Positions 37,815 through 49,364 of a stretch of 64,000 nucleotides of DNA are shown here, piece after piece (position 1 is the first letter of the stretch; each line of letters opens with the position of its first letter). The stretch is taken from assembly GCA_023920165.1 (NCBI GenBank), contig CP089281.1, positions 1,054,001 through 1,118,000 on the forward strand, written 5' to 3'. The stretch is from Curvularia clavata. Lineage: Eukaryota. A program made the translations under genes and the position numbers. Below the pieces are notes generated by a model. That model ran no database searches, was not told the DNA's origin, and saw only the letters and a list, made by a program, of their open reading frames with translations.

Positions 37815-39506
37815 ATGGCACCTGCACTTCTGACTGCAGTCGATGCGACATCGCACATACATCTTATCGTCGGATCCAACCCACTCGCCGGCGCGCGGTG
37901 CACACGCTCAATAGAGGTCGGCGCGAAGCCCATATTACTTGCGCCCGAAGATGCTACACTTCACTACGGTCTCGCTAAACGCATCGAAGCGGGCGAAGTA
38001 CAATGGTTAAAGCGAAGCTTTAGGGAGGAGGATCTGACTACACTTGGACGTGCAGAAGTAGACGGCGTAGTAGACGCTGTATTTGTAACTTCTGGTGGGA
38101 AGAATGCATCAGGTAGGCAATGGCAGTCTGCTCCCCGTCATTCCTTCCTCTGACTCGCCACAGCAACCCAGATCTCGAGCCTTTGCCGAAGACTTCGCAT
38201 ACCAGTCAACGTCGCCGATGCTCCCAACCTATGCTCCTTTACACTTCTCTCCACACATACCGACGGCCCTCTTCAGATCGGAGTCACGACCTCTGGGAAA
38301 GGTTGCAAGCTTTCTGCGAGGATCCGGAGAGAGATTGCAGCCTCGCTCCCACCACAACTTGGTGATTCAGTTGAGAGGTTAGGCACACTGCGAAGACGCA
38401 TATGGGAAGAGGATCATGCGGCAGAACTCTCACAAGATTTGGAGGCAGAAGAGGAGGACAGTGGGCAACCGGCGACTTTCAATAAACTAATTCTGGAAGA
38501 GAGTAAGGAGGCAGCGCGAGGACGTCGTATGCGTTGGCTCACACAAATATGCGAGTACTGGCCATTGCGTCGTCTCGCAAGCATCACCGACGCAGATGTG
38601 AATATGCTCTTCCGCGAATTCGCTAGCAGCAGCCCCTCCAAAGTCGGACCCACGGCCACTACACCAGAACGAGCGGGTCGCATTCTTCTCGTGGGCTCCG
38701 GTCCCGGAAACCCAGACCTCCTTACTCGCGCCGCACACAAAGCCATCCTCTCTGCCGATCTCATTCTTGCCGACAAACTCGTCCCCGCACCTATCCTTGA
38801 TCTTGTACCTCGCCGTGCAACCGTGCACATTGCACGCAAGTTCCCCGGCAATGCAGACAAGGCGCAAGAAGAGCTCTTAGAAATGGGGCTCGAGGGACTA
38901 AAAGCCGGCAAAATAGTGGTACGAATCAAGCAGGGCGACCCGTACATTTACGGTCGCGGAGGAGAAGAATACGATTTCTTCCGTGCCCACGGCTTCATTC
39001 CTAGCGTCTTGCCCGGCATCACCAGCGCACTCAGCGCTCCCCTTTTCGCCGCGATACCAGCCACACATCGCGGTATCGCAGATCAAGTTCTCATCTGCAC
39101 CGGCACAGGGAGAAAAGGCGCTCCGCTCGATCCTCCGGACTTCGTCGCTTCCCGCACTCTCGTCCTGCTCATGTCTCTCCACCGTCTCTCTGCTCTCGTA
39201 GACAGCTTAGTCGCAAAGGGTTATCCTGCTGACCTCCCGGTCGCCGTTCTCGAACGCGCGTCTTGTCCTGACCAGAGAGTTATCAGAACCACGCTCGAGC
39301 ATGTATGTGCGGCGGTCGAGGAGGAAGGGAGTAGGCCGCCGGGCCTGCTGGTCGTGGGTAATGCGTGCAAGGTGCTTATGAAGTATGAGCAGAGATGGGT
39401 AGTTGAGGAAGGGTTCCATGGTTTGGATAATCTGGGGGGTGAGGGCGAGTTGGAGATCAGTAGGCTTGTTGATACTGTTGCACCTGTTGCTGTTGCTGCG
39501 GCTTAG
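37815..39506 (+). CDS. MET1: Uroporphyrinogen-III C-methyltransferase with N-terminal siroheme-synthase-like domain; intron 38113-38163
   Basis: PVNVADAPNLCSF, LQIGVTTSGKG, LVGSGPGNPDLLT, IKQGDPYIYGRGGEE, PGITSA, PATHRG. Confidence 0.93.
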
Positions 39507-40095
39507 ACACAACTAAATGTGATTGATGGTTCAACATCTCTGTTCGATATGTCTTGGGTCATCACTTAAGAATTGTCCCAGATGCAATTCAAGTACGAAG
39601 AGAGCGAGACTGAAGTTGTACTGGTTTTCATTTCATGCATCATTCACTCCATCGTATCCCATCATCCATATCTCATCATCTCTCTGCACATACAACTCTC
39701 TCTCCTTCCTTCCCCCGCCCCACAACTAACAATCTATCTATATATGCGAATCGAAACATCTTTTTTATCCCCACTTTCCATCCCAGCGCTTGCGTCATTA
39801 GAAAAGGAACCTAGTATTACAGATAAAGAAAGAAAAAGAACCATGCGCCGTCTTTGACGAGATAGAAAAAAAAAGACGTAGAATCATCAACTGAAAAAGA
39901 GACCAGATGCGCCGTACATGAAAGGGAGACAAATCTCTCCTTTGGAAAAACCCCCGTAAATCCGTAATGGCGCGGTGTATATAAAACCGACTCTTCTGTA
40001 GTTGAAAAAAAAAACGCCGATGCTAGAAAAATTCAAGTTCGTCTGCGTATGAGTGTGGTGCAGTCATTCAATCATGGACATGCTTCGAAAATGTC

Positions 40096-42810
40096 CTAGA
40101 CCTGACTCGTCCAGCTCTTCCTCTTCATCTCGCTCTGCTGCTCCTCCCAGATAACCAATTCACGACCGCTTCGGTCGCCGCCTCGACGCACACGATCGAT
40201 GCCGAGATGCTCGAGGCCATCGCGTCCGACGTGGATACCGAAACCGTATCTGATTTTGCCCGGGTCGGTGACAGAGTCGTGCTTGCCATCTTTCTTGGCT
40301 TTTTCTTGCAGCGCGGGGTCTGTGGGCGAGTCTGGGCGCAGGTTGTTGCGAGACGGGCGAACGAGCGAGGCGACAGAGCGGGCCCAGGTGCGCTCGGCGT
40401 AGGTGCTGCCCATCAGGCGGGCGACGAGGTCGGGTTTGGTTTGCGGGTGAGCGAAGGCGCGGTCGGTGAGGATGGGGGATTGGTAGACCCAGCTTGTGAT
40501 TTCGCAGAGTGTGTTGCTGCGGTGGGGTAGTGCGGCGCGACGGCGGCCGGGGAGCAGAGCGAAGAGGCTGATGGCGTAGAGAGCGAGGAAGACGCAAAGG
40601 GCGTAGTAGCCGGATAGCTCGGCGGCGACGCGGACTTTGTCAACGTTGCCGTAGTATTGCGTCCAAAAGCAGCCTCCTGCGAGGACAGGCAGGCACATGG
40701 ATGCGAGTGAGACGAATGAGAGGACCGCCGATTGGAAGTGCTTGTTCTCGAGTGCTGCCAGTGTTGCAGACAGGGGCAAACGGCAGGCGTAGTCGACCAA
40801 CAGAGAGGCTTCAGCAGTGGCTCCACCTTTGGATGCGAGCGCCATGTACGGCTGTAGCACGCGAACAGAGTAATCGAGCGACAAAAGCGCCAGGAAGAGA
40901 AAGTGGGCGATGAGTGCTGGAATGAACGAGTACAGGAAGTTGGAAGCAGAGAAGCCGTCTGATCCTGTGCGAGCAAAGACTCGAGGCAGGAAACCGAGAC
41001 GAACGGCGTTGTTGACAAAGCTAACGACCAGAAAGGCGACCAGCAAGACGCAGGCAATGACGATCCATGCAATGACTGATGTGTCCTTGAGATACCATGG
41101 CAAGTACCGCAGTCGGACCCCTGGATTGCGAATGTCCATGCGAATCGAGAAGTCGTTGGCTTGAGCTGTGTCGGGCTTTGAACGGGTGGGTCTTTGTTCT
41201 CTGATGCGTCCGTCCTCGACCGAAACTCTTCGAGTCTCCGCACCTTCTTCACCGATGCCGTAGAAAACGTCGTTTGGTCGGTTTGTTGTGGTCCAGTAAC
41301 CCAAACGATCAGTACGATTGCCAACATTGTCCCAGTCGCCCTTGGTGAACGTCTCGGAGTTGTTGTAGTCCACTAGGTGGTTTGAGCGCTCCAGGAGGAC
41401 GATGATGTCAGCCAATGATCGTGGATCCCACTTTAATCCAGTCGGGTTGCGCATGAGAAAGACCGTGAGGTAGATTAGAGCGAGGACCAAGAGGATGTAG
41501 AGAACAATGACAGTCCAGATAACACCCTGCACAGCAATATATCTCCACACAGCCCGTGCCAGGTTGTAGCGTACGTTGAATGACGCAGCAAGAAGCGGTA
41601 CAGTCCATGTGAACAGCCAGGAAATAACAAAGAAGACGCCGATGCCGGGGTGTCCAGCGCGGAAATGCTGAAGATTTGGCACCAGGAATTGCATTGGATA
41701 CAGTCGGAGGAACACAGCGTCCGATCGTTGGTGGAACGAGTCTGAAGACATCGAGACGAAAGGTACAATGCGTTGGAGAGCCGTCTGAATTTGGATGAGC
41801 CATAGGAAGAGCAATGTGCCCAATAAAGTTGGGAGATATCGGAAAATGAAGTAGCGACCGTCACCAAAGGCACCGTAGTCCCATAGCCCATATCCATCAT
41901 TACGATTCGAGTAGATGGCAGCGAAAATGAGTGCAGCCAGCATGACCAGGCACAGGAGTAGAAACGAACCTAGCCATATCGGACGAAGGATGGCAGGGAT
42001 GAAGTTGAGGGGAGCATTTGACTGCGAGTGTGCGACGAAGACGTCCTTTTGTGTTCGAGAAGGAGAGAGTGACTGTCGTCCCTGTTTCCGGGATGGACTG
42101 TAAGGCGTATCTGGTTCAGTAGCGATGGGTGCTGGGGCAGTGGCCAGCGGTGTATACGAATGCCTTAAAGACTTTCGTGGGGGCGTATGCTTGGACATTC
42201 TTTCCTGTGTCTTCTGTTCCAGTGCCATGTATCCCAGTCCATTGTCGGGAATGATTCTTTCGACTGGGTAATCGTCGTCATCGTCATCCTGGGCTGTCGG
42301 TCGCACCTCTGGATATACTCTTGAGCCTCTGACGTCCTCATCTCGCGTCAGCTGGTCAATGGCGAAGCGAATATATGGCGTCGTGTCATGGCCGGGTGTG
42401 GTTGCCGGGGATCCGTTCTCCATCTCGCGGATCAGTTGGGACCGCCTTGACGGCTCCTCGGCAATGGTAGATACGGCTGGTGACTGGGGGCGGTCGTGGG
42501 TGAAAGAATGCGGCGGAGGCTGAAGCTGTTGCCTGGGAATACCGACACCTCGTAGTGATGTTGTAGGAATGTCGGTGTGTGGGATCAATTGCTCATGACT
42601 CTGTGCTGGTGTCTGACGATGGGATGGTGGTGTCTGGTAGGCAAGCCTCCTCTCTTCGCTAGAGCTGGACGCGTGATCGGACGCGCTGTAGTACCCTTCG
42701 GAGGCAGACAGAGAAGCAGCAACACTCTGCTGTGAGTTCTGGTGGGACAATTGGGGTTGCGAGACTGGCATGGGCATGAGTGACTGCGGTGACACCAGAT
42801 CAAGTAGCAT
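40096..42810 (-). CDS. Multi-pass membrane protein with two DUF3433-like repeats; start uncertain
   Basis: 918-aa ORF with a disordered N-terminus and two TM clusters (F.YLPT..PF..M; FLYSFIP..QPY..L), plus TGLKWDPRSLAD and RLGYW motifs. A possible extra 5' exon starts at ATG 42856. Confidence 0.8.
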   Translation of the reverse strand: MLLDLVSPQSLMPMPVSQPQLSHQNSQQSVAASLSASEGYYSASDHASSSSEERRLAYQTPPSHRQTPAQSHEQLIPHTDIPTTSLRGVGIPRQQLQPPPHSFTHDRPQSPAVSTIAEEPSRRSQLIREMENGSPATTPGHDTTPYIRFAIDQLTRDEDVRGSRVYPEVRPTAQDDDDDDYPVERIIPDNGLGYMALEQKTQERMSKHTPPRKSLRHSYTPLATAPAPIATEPDTPYSPSRKQGRQSLSPSRTQKDVFVAHSQSNAPLNFIPAILRPIWLGSFLLLCLVMLAALIFAAIYSNRNDGYGLWDYGAFGDGRYFIFRYLPTLLGTLLFLWLIQIQTALQRIVPFVSMSSDSFHQRSDAVFLRLYPMQFLVPNLQHFRAGHPGIGVFFVISWLFTWTVPLLAASFNVRYNLARAVWRYIAVQGVIWTVIVLYILLVLALIYLTVFLMRNPTGLKWDPRSLADIIVLLERSNHLVDYNNSETFTKGDWDNVGNRTDRLGYWTTTNRPNDVFYGIGEEGAETRRVSVEDGRIREQRPTRSKPDTAQANDFSIRMDIRNPGVRLRYLPWYLKDTSVIAWIVIACVLLVAFLVVSFVNNAVRLGFLPRVFARTGSDGFSASNFLYSFIPALIAHFLFLALLSLDYSVRVLQPYMALASKGGATAEASLLVDYACRLPLSATLAALENKHFQSAVLSFVSLASMCLPVLAGGCFWTQYYGNVDKVRVAAELSGYYALCVFLALYAISLFALLPGRRRAALPHRSNTLCEITSWVYQSPILTDRAFAHPQTKPDLVARLMGSTYAERTWARSVASLVRPSRNNLRPDSPTDPALQEKAKKDGKHDSVTDPGKIRYGFGIHVGRDGLEHLGIDRVRRGGDRSGRELVIWEEQQSEMKRKSWTSQV

Positions 42811-45284
42811 GCGTACCGTTTGTTTGCTTAAGTTGGAATTCAGGCTCCCCACTCATATCTTCTTGGGTCGACTAGTCAAGTGGAGTCGCAAAGGAAGGTT
42901 AGCATTACAAGTGCATGCGATAGCTGGGCGGTGACAAGTTTTCTACTTGAGATGGCTGGGTGTGACTTTCGGAATCCTGCTGCGTGGCGGGGGGCTGGGG
43001 AGGTTGGGCGAGTGTTGTCTCAACACCACCGTCATCACATTGGTGCGACGCAGAGGCAAATTCACGGACGCAAGCGAGGACGCCGCAGGTTCCTTTTTAT
43101 CTACAGCTTGTTATTCGCAGGCGTGAGGTTGCGGTATGTCTGCTGTGTTGTCAATCGTACCTTCCCCGCGGCGGCGATGCGCTAGCCACAATCTTGACGC
43201 GTCCGAGCTTACCTGCCCTGCCTGCATCTCCCGCCCCATCCTCTCGGCACCAACAACCGCCTTTATCACCATCTCCATTTCCTTTTTACTCCCGCCATGT
43301 ATCTGCATGCACTCAGGCCCGGCGCCATGATGCAGGAACGCGTACTTTTCCGCTCTCCTCCAGCCGCCCGTTCAGTGCCCTCGCGCCTTCGTCCTAGTCC
43401 GCCGTTTATACCAAACGTAAAATAAAGTTCAAAGCACATCTCGGCCCTTAATTTGACAGGTAGGAGCAAGAATATCAGAATAGCATCCAGAAGAATTCTT
43501 GACTTTCATCCTGTGTATCGTGGAGAGGATCCATGGCCGAAAAACATGATGACTGTGTCGTGGGGTGGAGGCTTGACTATATAGCAAAGGTTCTTTTGTA
43601 TTGCTGAGATTGTCGTCCTCGCCAGTCGCAGGCTCACTATCGCGAGTAACCAGCACAGAGAGTGCAACGCTGTCTGTTTGTTGGATTAAGAGCCATATCA
43701 CGTGGTTAATCATCACGTGATCAAAACGCTTCTCTACAGTATACAGACGATATCCACCCTCTCTTTTCTGCAGCCATTACCAATTCTTTGCTCATCCTCA
43801 CTGTTGTCCGCGCGGGTTCCTCGGGGCAAACAAAACCCCATCGACATAGAGCAACTGGGGCTCCTGTTCTCCCAACCGGATTTGTGTTAGTAAACGTCGC
43901 GTTGTGTGCGCTGACTCTCCATGTTGTCATGTCGACCGCCAGGAAGCCAGATCCCGATAGTGTCTTGTCCGTGCAAATCTGTCCTGGTCATCGGTGGTGT
44001 TTTTGGGTGCGTCGCTCCATGGTGCGTGACACTAGGACTTGAAGGCTGCGAGGCTCACTACTAGACACAGTAAATCGGCACGGATGAGCTTAAGAATGTC
44101 CATCAGCGTGACTTTCTGTGTCGTCTGTTCGATCAAGTAAGCCGCAGCCCGCCACGGCCCGGAATTCAATAGTCTCGTGAGCCTGTCCAAATGCAGGTAT
44201 TAAGGAATAATGCCACCTTACCGCCTTAGCCAGCCTCAAAACCTTTTAGCTGCGCATTGCAACTGCCAAGAAGCGCGTGCGGCTGGACACACAGCCACTT
44301 TTGACCGCTACATCGGCGACCTGTACTACAGTACTACAGTGTTGTTACTCTCCATGTGCTTCGAACGCGACGCTCCTCCAAGTGGCGATTATCCTGATAC
44401 ATTCAGCCCTAAATTCCAGATATCCCCTCGGGGTAACATTGGCTCCGTGCTGACATAGAGCGGGGCTCCTGTTGAAAAACGGCCCCTTCCTTCCAAGACA
44501 TGCCTTTGCTGTCATTTCGATTAGCAACGCCACTAAATGACTTGTGGTCTCGACTCGTTTTCAGCCCCCAAAAATACACGCTTTCCGCTTAGCTTGGCCC
44601 GAGACAAGTGTTGATCCATTGTAAAGAGAAGGAAGAAAGACAATAGGCAGCTATTTTACCGCCCTTTGTGCCAACCCGATGCGCACAAAACTGCGGCTAG
44701 CATGTCGTGTCGCCTACACTTTCCCTCGTGTGTGTTGGCGCATGTGTGGTTTTGTTTCTCACATGTTATAAAAAGGGCTGTGCTGGGGCTCAGATGCCCA
44801 GCTCGTCTAGTGCCTCGAAAGGCGCGGGTCGGGTGCCAGGGATGTTGCTCCTTCAGCGACTTCCTTTGAGCGTTTCTGCATCAACTACGCAATCAAGCTT
44901 CTGACGGGACACCAAAATACCATAACCTCTGCCAGCCACCGCAGGGCAATGACTTGTTTATACTCGATCGGGTGATGCGGGAGCTCGGTTGGTGCGTGGC
45001 GCAATCTGTGTCCTATCGTAGCCGTGCAGACGAGGTTACGCCCCATTCAGGCGTTCACTGTGCATACTTGGGTATTTCAAAGGGCCCACTTCTTCCGTGT
45101 GCTGTTCCTTTTTGAAGTGCCTGGCTCGCTCTGCTCTTTATCACATCCATCGTCTCCCTACTCGATTTGCTCTCGCTTTGGTCTTAATTTCTTCTTCCTG
45201 TTTTCACTTAGACTCTATCAACCAACACCAGCATAATCGGCGCCTGTATAAAGCCTATTCTGTATTATACCATATACATCTATC

Positions 45285-46325
45285 ATGTCTAATGCGTCTT
45301 TCTATGACTTTCATTGCCCGCTCGGAGGATCATGGTAAAAGCTGATCTTAAGCACTGTAGAGACCTCAGGACTGACATTCACTAGGTATGCTTGTACTAC
45401 CGGGAGTAATTTCGTAGGGTGCTGCACATCGAATCCGTGCTCATCGTCGGGCTGCTTCCAAGGCAACGTTCGAGCAGGTGCCTTCAACAAAACCCAGTGG
45501 GGCAACTTTCCTGATGCATCCTGCGGAGCTGCCAGCAACTTTTGGTCATGCACTGCCGGTGACTCTTTCTGGGGATGTTGCAAGTCGAACCCTTGTAACG
45601 CGACGACACCAGCAACATGTCCATCAGGAGATTTAACGCCTGCGTTTTTGGACCGACCTGACCTAGTTGAAGCATACACATCAACAGGCAAGGAAGATGA
45701 CTCGGGCAAGACTAACACGGGAGCTATCGTTGGAGGTGTCGTTGGAGGTGTCGTAGTAATTGCTATCATCGCTGTCATCTTCTTCGTCCTCCGCCGGAGA
45801 AAGAACAAGAAGGCAGCGGGAGGTGATATGGGCGCAGCAACCATGATGCCTATGATGAACAAAGAGAAGGGCGACCAGGGTGGAGCAGCAGGGCAGTATG
45901 GAGGTCAATCACGTATGCCGGTCCAGTCGCTCCACGGCCTGCTTAACAAGCTAACTTTGGGAACAGCGCCACCTACATACTCTGGCCCCGTTCAGAATAC
46001 TTACCAGGCGTCTTCTCCTGGAAAAGGACACGAGTCGTATCACCAGTATGCCAGCCACGCAAGTGAGCCACAGGAGCTTCCCGCAGAGCTTGCCTCGCCC
46101 CATGGACAAAGGTTTTCAGAACTTCCCGCTGGCGCTTCAAATGTCATGGACAACCGACGATTTTCTGAACTTCCGGCTGAAGGCGCAGGCCCTGCAGGGC
46201 CATCAGAACTCGAGTCGCCATATACTACTCCATACGTCACTCCACAACCTCTGCAAGGGGAATTCTCCAACGATATGGCAAAGCGATCTAGTCCTCAAGG
46301 GCTTGGCCTCTCAACTGGTAAATAA
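45285..46325 (+). CDS. Cys-rich single-pass membrane protein, paralogue A; introns 45335-45385 and 45913-45966
   Basis: Spliced MSNASFYDFHCPLGGSW|YACTTGSNFVGCCTSNPC..FPDASC..FWSC..FWGCCKSNPC..CPSGDL. TM GAIVGGVVGGVVVIAIIAVIFFVL-RRRK, PPTY, three ELPA repeats. Confidence 0.8.
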
Positions 46326-47443
46326 TCACCATGAATGTACATCAATCATTAGGGGATGAAGCGTGGTTTGCGACGGGATTAACATTTGATCACCTTTTCT
46401 GTTTTGCATTTGGGCGGTTTCGTCCTTGTACATCTTTACTTGCTTCTATTTACCTTTGTATATACCCGATCGAGACACGATGATAATCCCAAAAATCTGT
46501 TACATTTCCCCATCCGATTTCCCGTTGCAGCTATCCCGTCCAACAGTCGGGTACTCCGCCCAAGGTCTGGGCAAGGCGTGGCAATGGCGACCTTGCATCA
46601 TCCGGGCGTACCAAGACCCCAGGAATAGGAGCACCAAAAATGTCAGCTTCGTCTACGTAATGTGACATCTGACTGCGGTGCGCACTACCTACTGCAGCGC
46701 TAACCACCAACGCGGGGCATTCTCCCTCCTCACCAACCAAACCACACCACACCGCGCTCAGCTTGCGCCCTCGGAGCTACCCGTAACCATGCTCGTCACG
46801 CCCAAGAGATGCAGGTCTCGTCTGTTTGCCAGCTTGTCAGCCCCCAGCTTCCCGTAATCGCACGAATTACAACCCGCATCCTTCGTGTTAGTGCTTAGGC
46901 CATGCTGCACGCCTAACATCGTTTCTGCTCCTACGCAATGCAACAGAACAGCGGCTGGAAAGGCCCCTCCCCACTATTATCCGGCCCAGCACGCGTGGTG
47001 TGAATGGTTCCGTGGCAGCGCACAACCGCAGATAGGGACCTTTTTCGCTCTAGGTGCGATGAAGACGAAGCTCGGCGGTCGACAAGATAGCATGGCTGAG
47101 CCCACTTTGCATGTGCTGCGTCTTGGTTTTCGCGGCTATTCTGCCTCGTAGGATCAGCTTTGCATGCTTTATTTCCTCTTTCTGCTACGATACATGGTGT
47201 CTTTTTTGCGGCTGCGGGCTTGGGGGGGTTTTCTCCGCTCCAGACCAACATCTTTTTTCCTTCCTGCACTTCTCATTAGCCTTTTGTTTCCGCCTCCCCG
47301 AGGATCCCTTCTTTCGTTTCATGCCTTCTCCATTGACGTGACGCACTTGTGGATGGCTTGATCCCACGCACTGTCAGCAGATAGCACGCCTTCTTTGGAT
47401 GCTTGCACTTGAACTACTAGATTGAACTGCTTCTACGTACAAG

Positions 47444-49093
47444 ATGTCGGCCAATCTCACCGCACGGCAGGAGTTCTCTCCCTCGTGCCCCTCGGGAGGG
47501 ACCTGGTGGGCGTGTGGATATGGAACGTGAGTATACCCGTACTCTCTATCTTTTGCTTGTGCTTGTCCAGTGTCTAATATCAACGCAGCTACTTCGTCGG
47601 CTGTTGCGCAAGAGACCCGTGTGAGATCACTTGCGCTCAAGGCAACCTTTACCCTGGAGCCTTCGACCCAAAGGCATACGGCACATTTCCTGATGCTACA
47701 TGTGGCACTGGAAGCAAGTTCTATACTTGCGCTGCTGGCAGTGAGTATTTCGCAACTCTGAATGTCGACATTCATGTCGGACTTTGGTTCACGCACGTCA
47801 TGATGATGATGATGACTGACCAATATCAGAAACATTTTGGGGCTGTTGCAAAACAAATCCATGTGCCCAGAATGGCTGCCCCGATGGCGACCTCGAGCCT
47901 GCAATCCTAAATCGTGACGACTTGCTCAGCGCATATCATGCTACTGGTGGGTCCACAACGATTGGCTCTCCCAGTACCTCCACTGCATCTGCTTCACCAA
48001 AGAAATCAGATGACGGAACACCAGTCGCAGCTATAGCCGGTGGCGCAGCAGGTGGTGTATTTGCTGCCGCTGCAGCCGTCGGTATTGTTGTATGGTGGTT
48101 GTGTTTGAGAAGGAAAAGGAAGGCTAAAAAGGAGCATGACTATGAGGAAACAGGACCCAATGGAATCCCTGGTGGTGCTATGGGTGAAATCCACCAACAC
48201 CACCATAAGAATTCTGAGTGTAAGTCGACTGTGAATGCCTTAAAAAGGACATTGTCAATCCAAAGATGAGGCACTGACATATGCGAACAGCACCACCATC
48301 CTACACTTCCCCAAATCCAAACTTCACACACACTTTCTATGGCCCCCAATCGCAGGACAACCCGTACTCTCACCCAAACTATGGGCAGAGCCCAGGTGAA
48401 CCATACCTGTCGCCTCTTGGCCACAGCCCCCACGACAGCGTCACAGCACACAACTATCAAGGACCGCAAGAGCTCCCTCTCTCCACTCCTTCAACCCCCA
48501 ACACGCCTGGGAAATTCCGCAACCACAAGAGCATGTACAGTCACGCACGGGGGCCCTCGGAGCTCTCCGGCGACGAACCCCACAACGAGCTTGACTCTTC
48601 TCACCCCGCGAGCCCCGAGCTAAGCGGCAGCAGTCCCGGCCGAAAATGGAGCTGGGACGACAATAAAGAGAAGCTGCAGTATCCACAGGATCAGAATCAA
48701 GCACATGACGCGGAGGCCGGTGGTATTGTGATGGGGAAACCAGGAAGATCGCCTCCGATGCCAAGGTGGCAGGAGGCAAGATGGGAGGAGCAGCGTATTG
48801 ACGAGCGAGCAGCGTATGCGGATCCGAGACAGAGGTTGTTGCAGGCGGTGAGGAGGGAGAGGGAAGAGGAGGAGAGACATCAGCGGGGGCAGCATCGACG
48901 GGAGGACGAGGAGCGGTACCAGCGGAGTCAGCGGGGAGAAGAGGATGAAGAAGAGAGAGGGGAAGATAGCAACAGGAGGAGCAATGTGCAGCATAGTGGG
49001 AGGCCACGGTCGCCTCAGGGACTGGGGCTTCTGGATGTTTTGGACCAAGGGCCGACGGATAGGAAGAGTGGGGAATCGGGTAGGAAATCATGA
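47444..49093 (+). CDS. Cys-rich single-pass membrane protein, paralogue B; introns 47527-47588, 47741-47829, 48220-48290
   Basis: Spliced MSANLTARQEFSPSCPSGGTWWACGYGT|YFVGCCARDPC..FPDATC..FYTC..|TFWGCCKTNPC..CPDGDL. TM AAIAGGAAGG..WWLCL-RRKRK, PPSY, EL[PSD] repeats. Confidence 0.8.
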
Positions 49094-49364
49094 GAGAAGA
49101 GGTTGAGGTGGGGTGAAGGAGGAAGGACAACTGTAGGCTAGGTCTTCCGTGTTCTTTTTTTTGTTTTCATGACGCCACGTTTGATAACCCCTTGATTAAA
49201 TGAATGTAGGATATTTTTGAGTAGAAAAATTTTGGTCGATTTGTCTAGTCTCGTGCAATGTCTAATCTCAGGTTTCAAAAGAGAAAAAAAGAGCTAGTAA
49301 GACGAGAGAAAAGGCAGTTAGGTAAGAAGAGATATATTCCTCTCTTTCTAACTGAAACCCCCAT

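Noticed and set aside
42900..45250. 2.3 kb intergenic region checked for transposon relics or RIP
   Set aside because: No terminal repeats, transposase/RT fragments or AT-rich RIP signature seen.
47798..47820. TGATGA..CTGA resembling C/D snoRNA boxes in an intron
   Set aside because: It is a (TGA)n microsatellite directly adjoining the branch site, with no room for a snoRNA.
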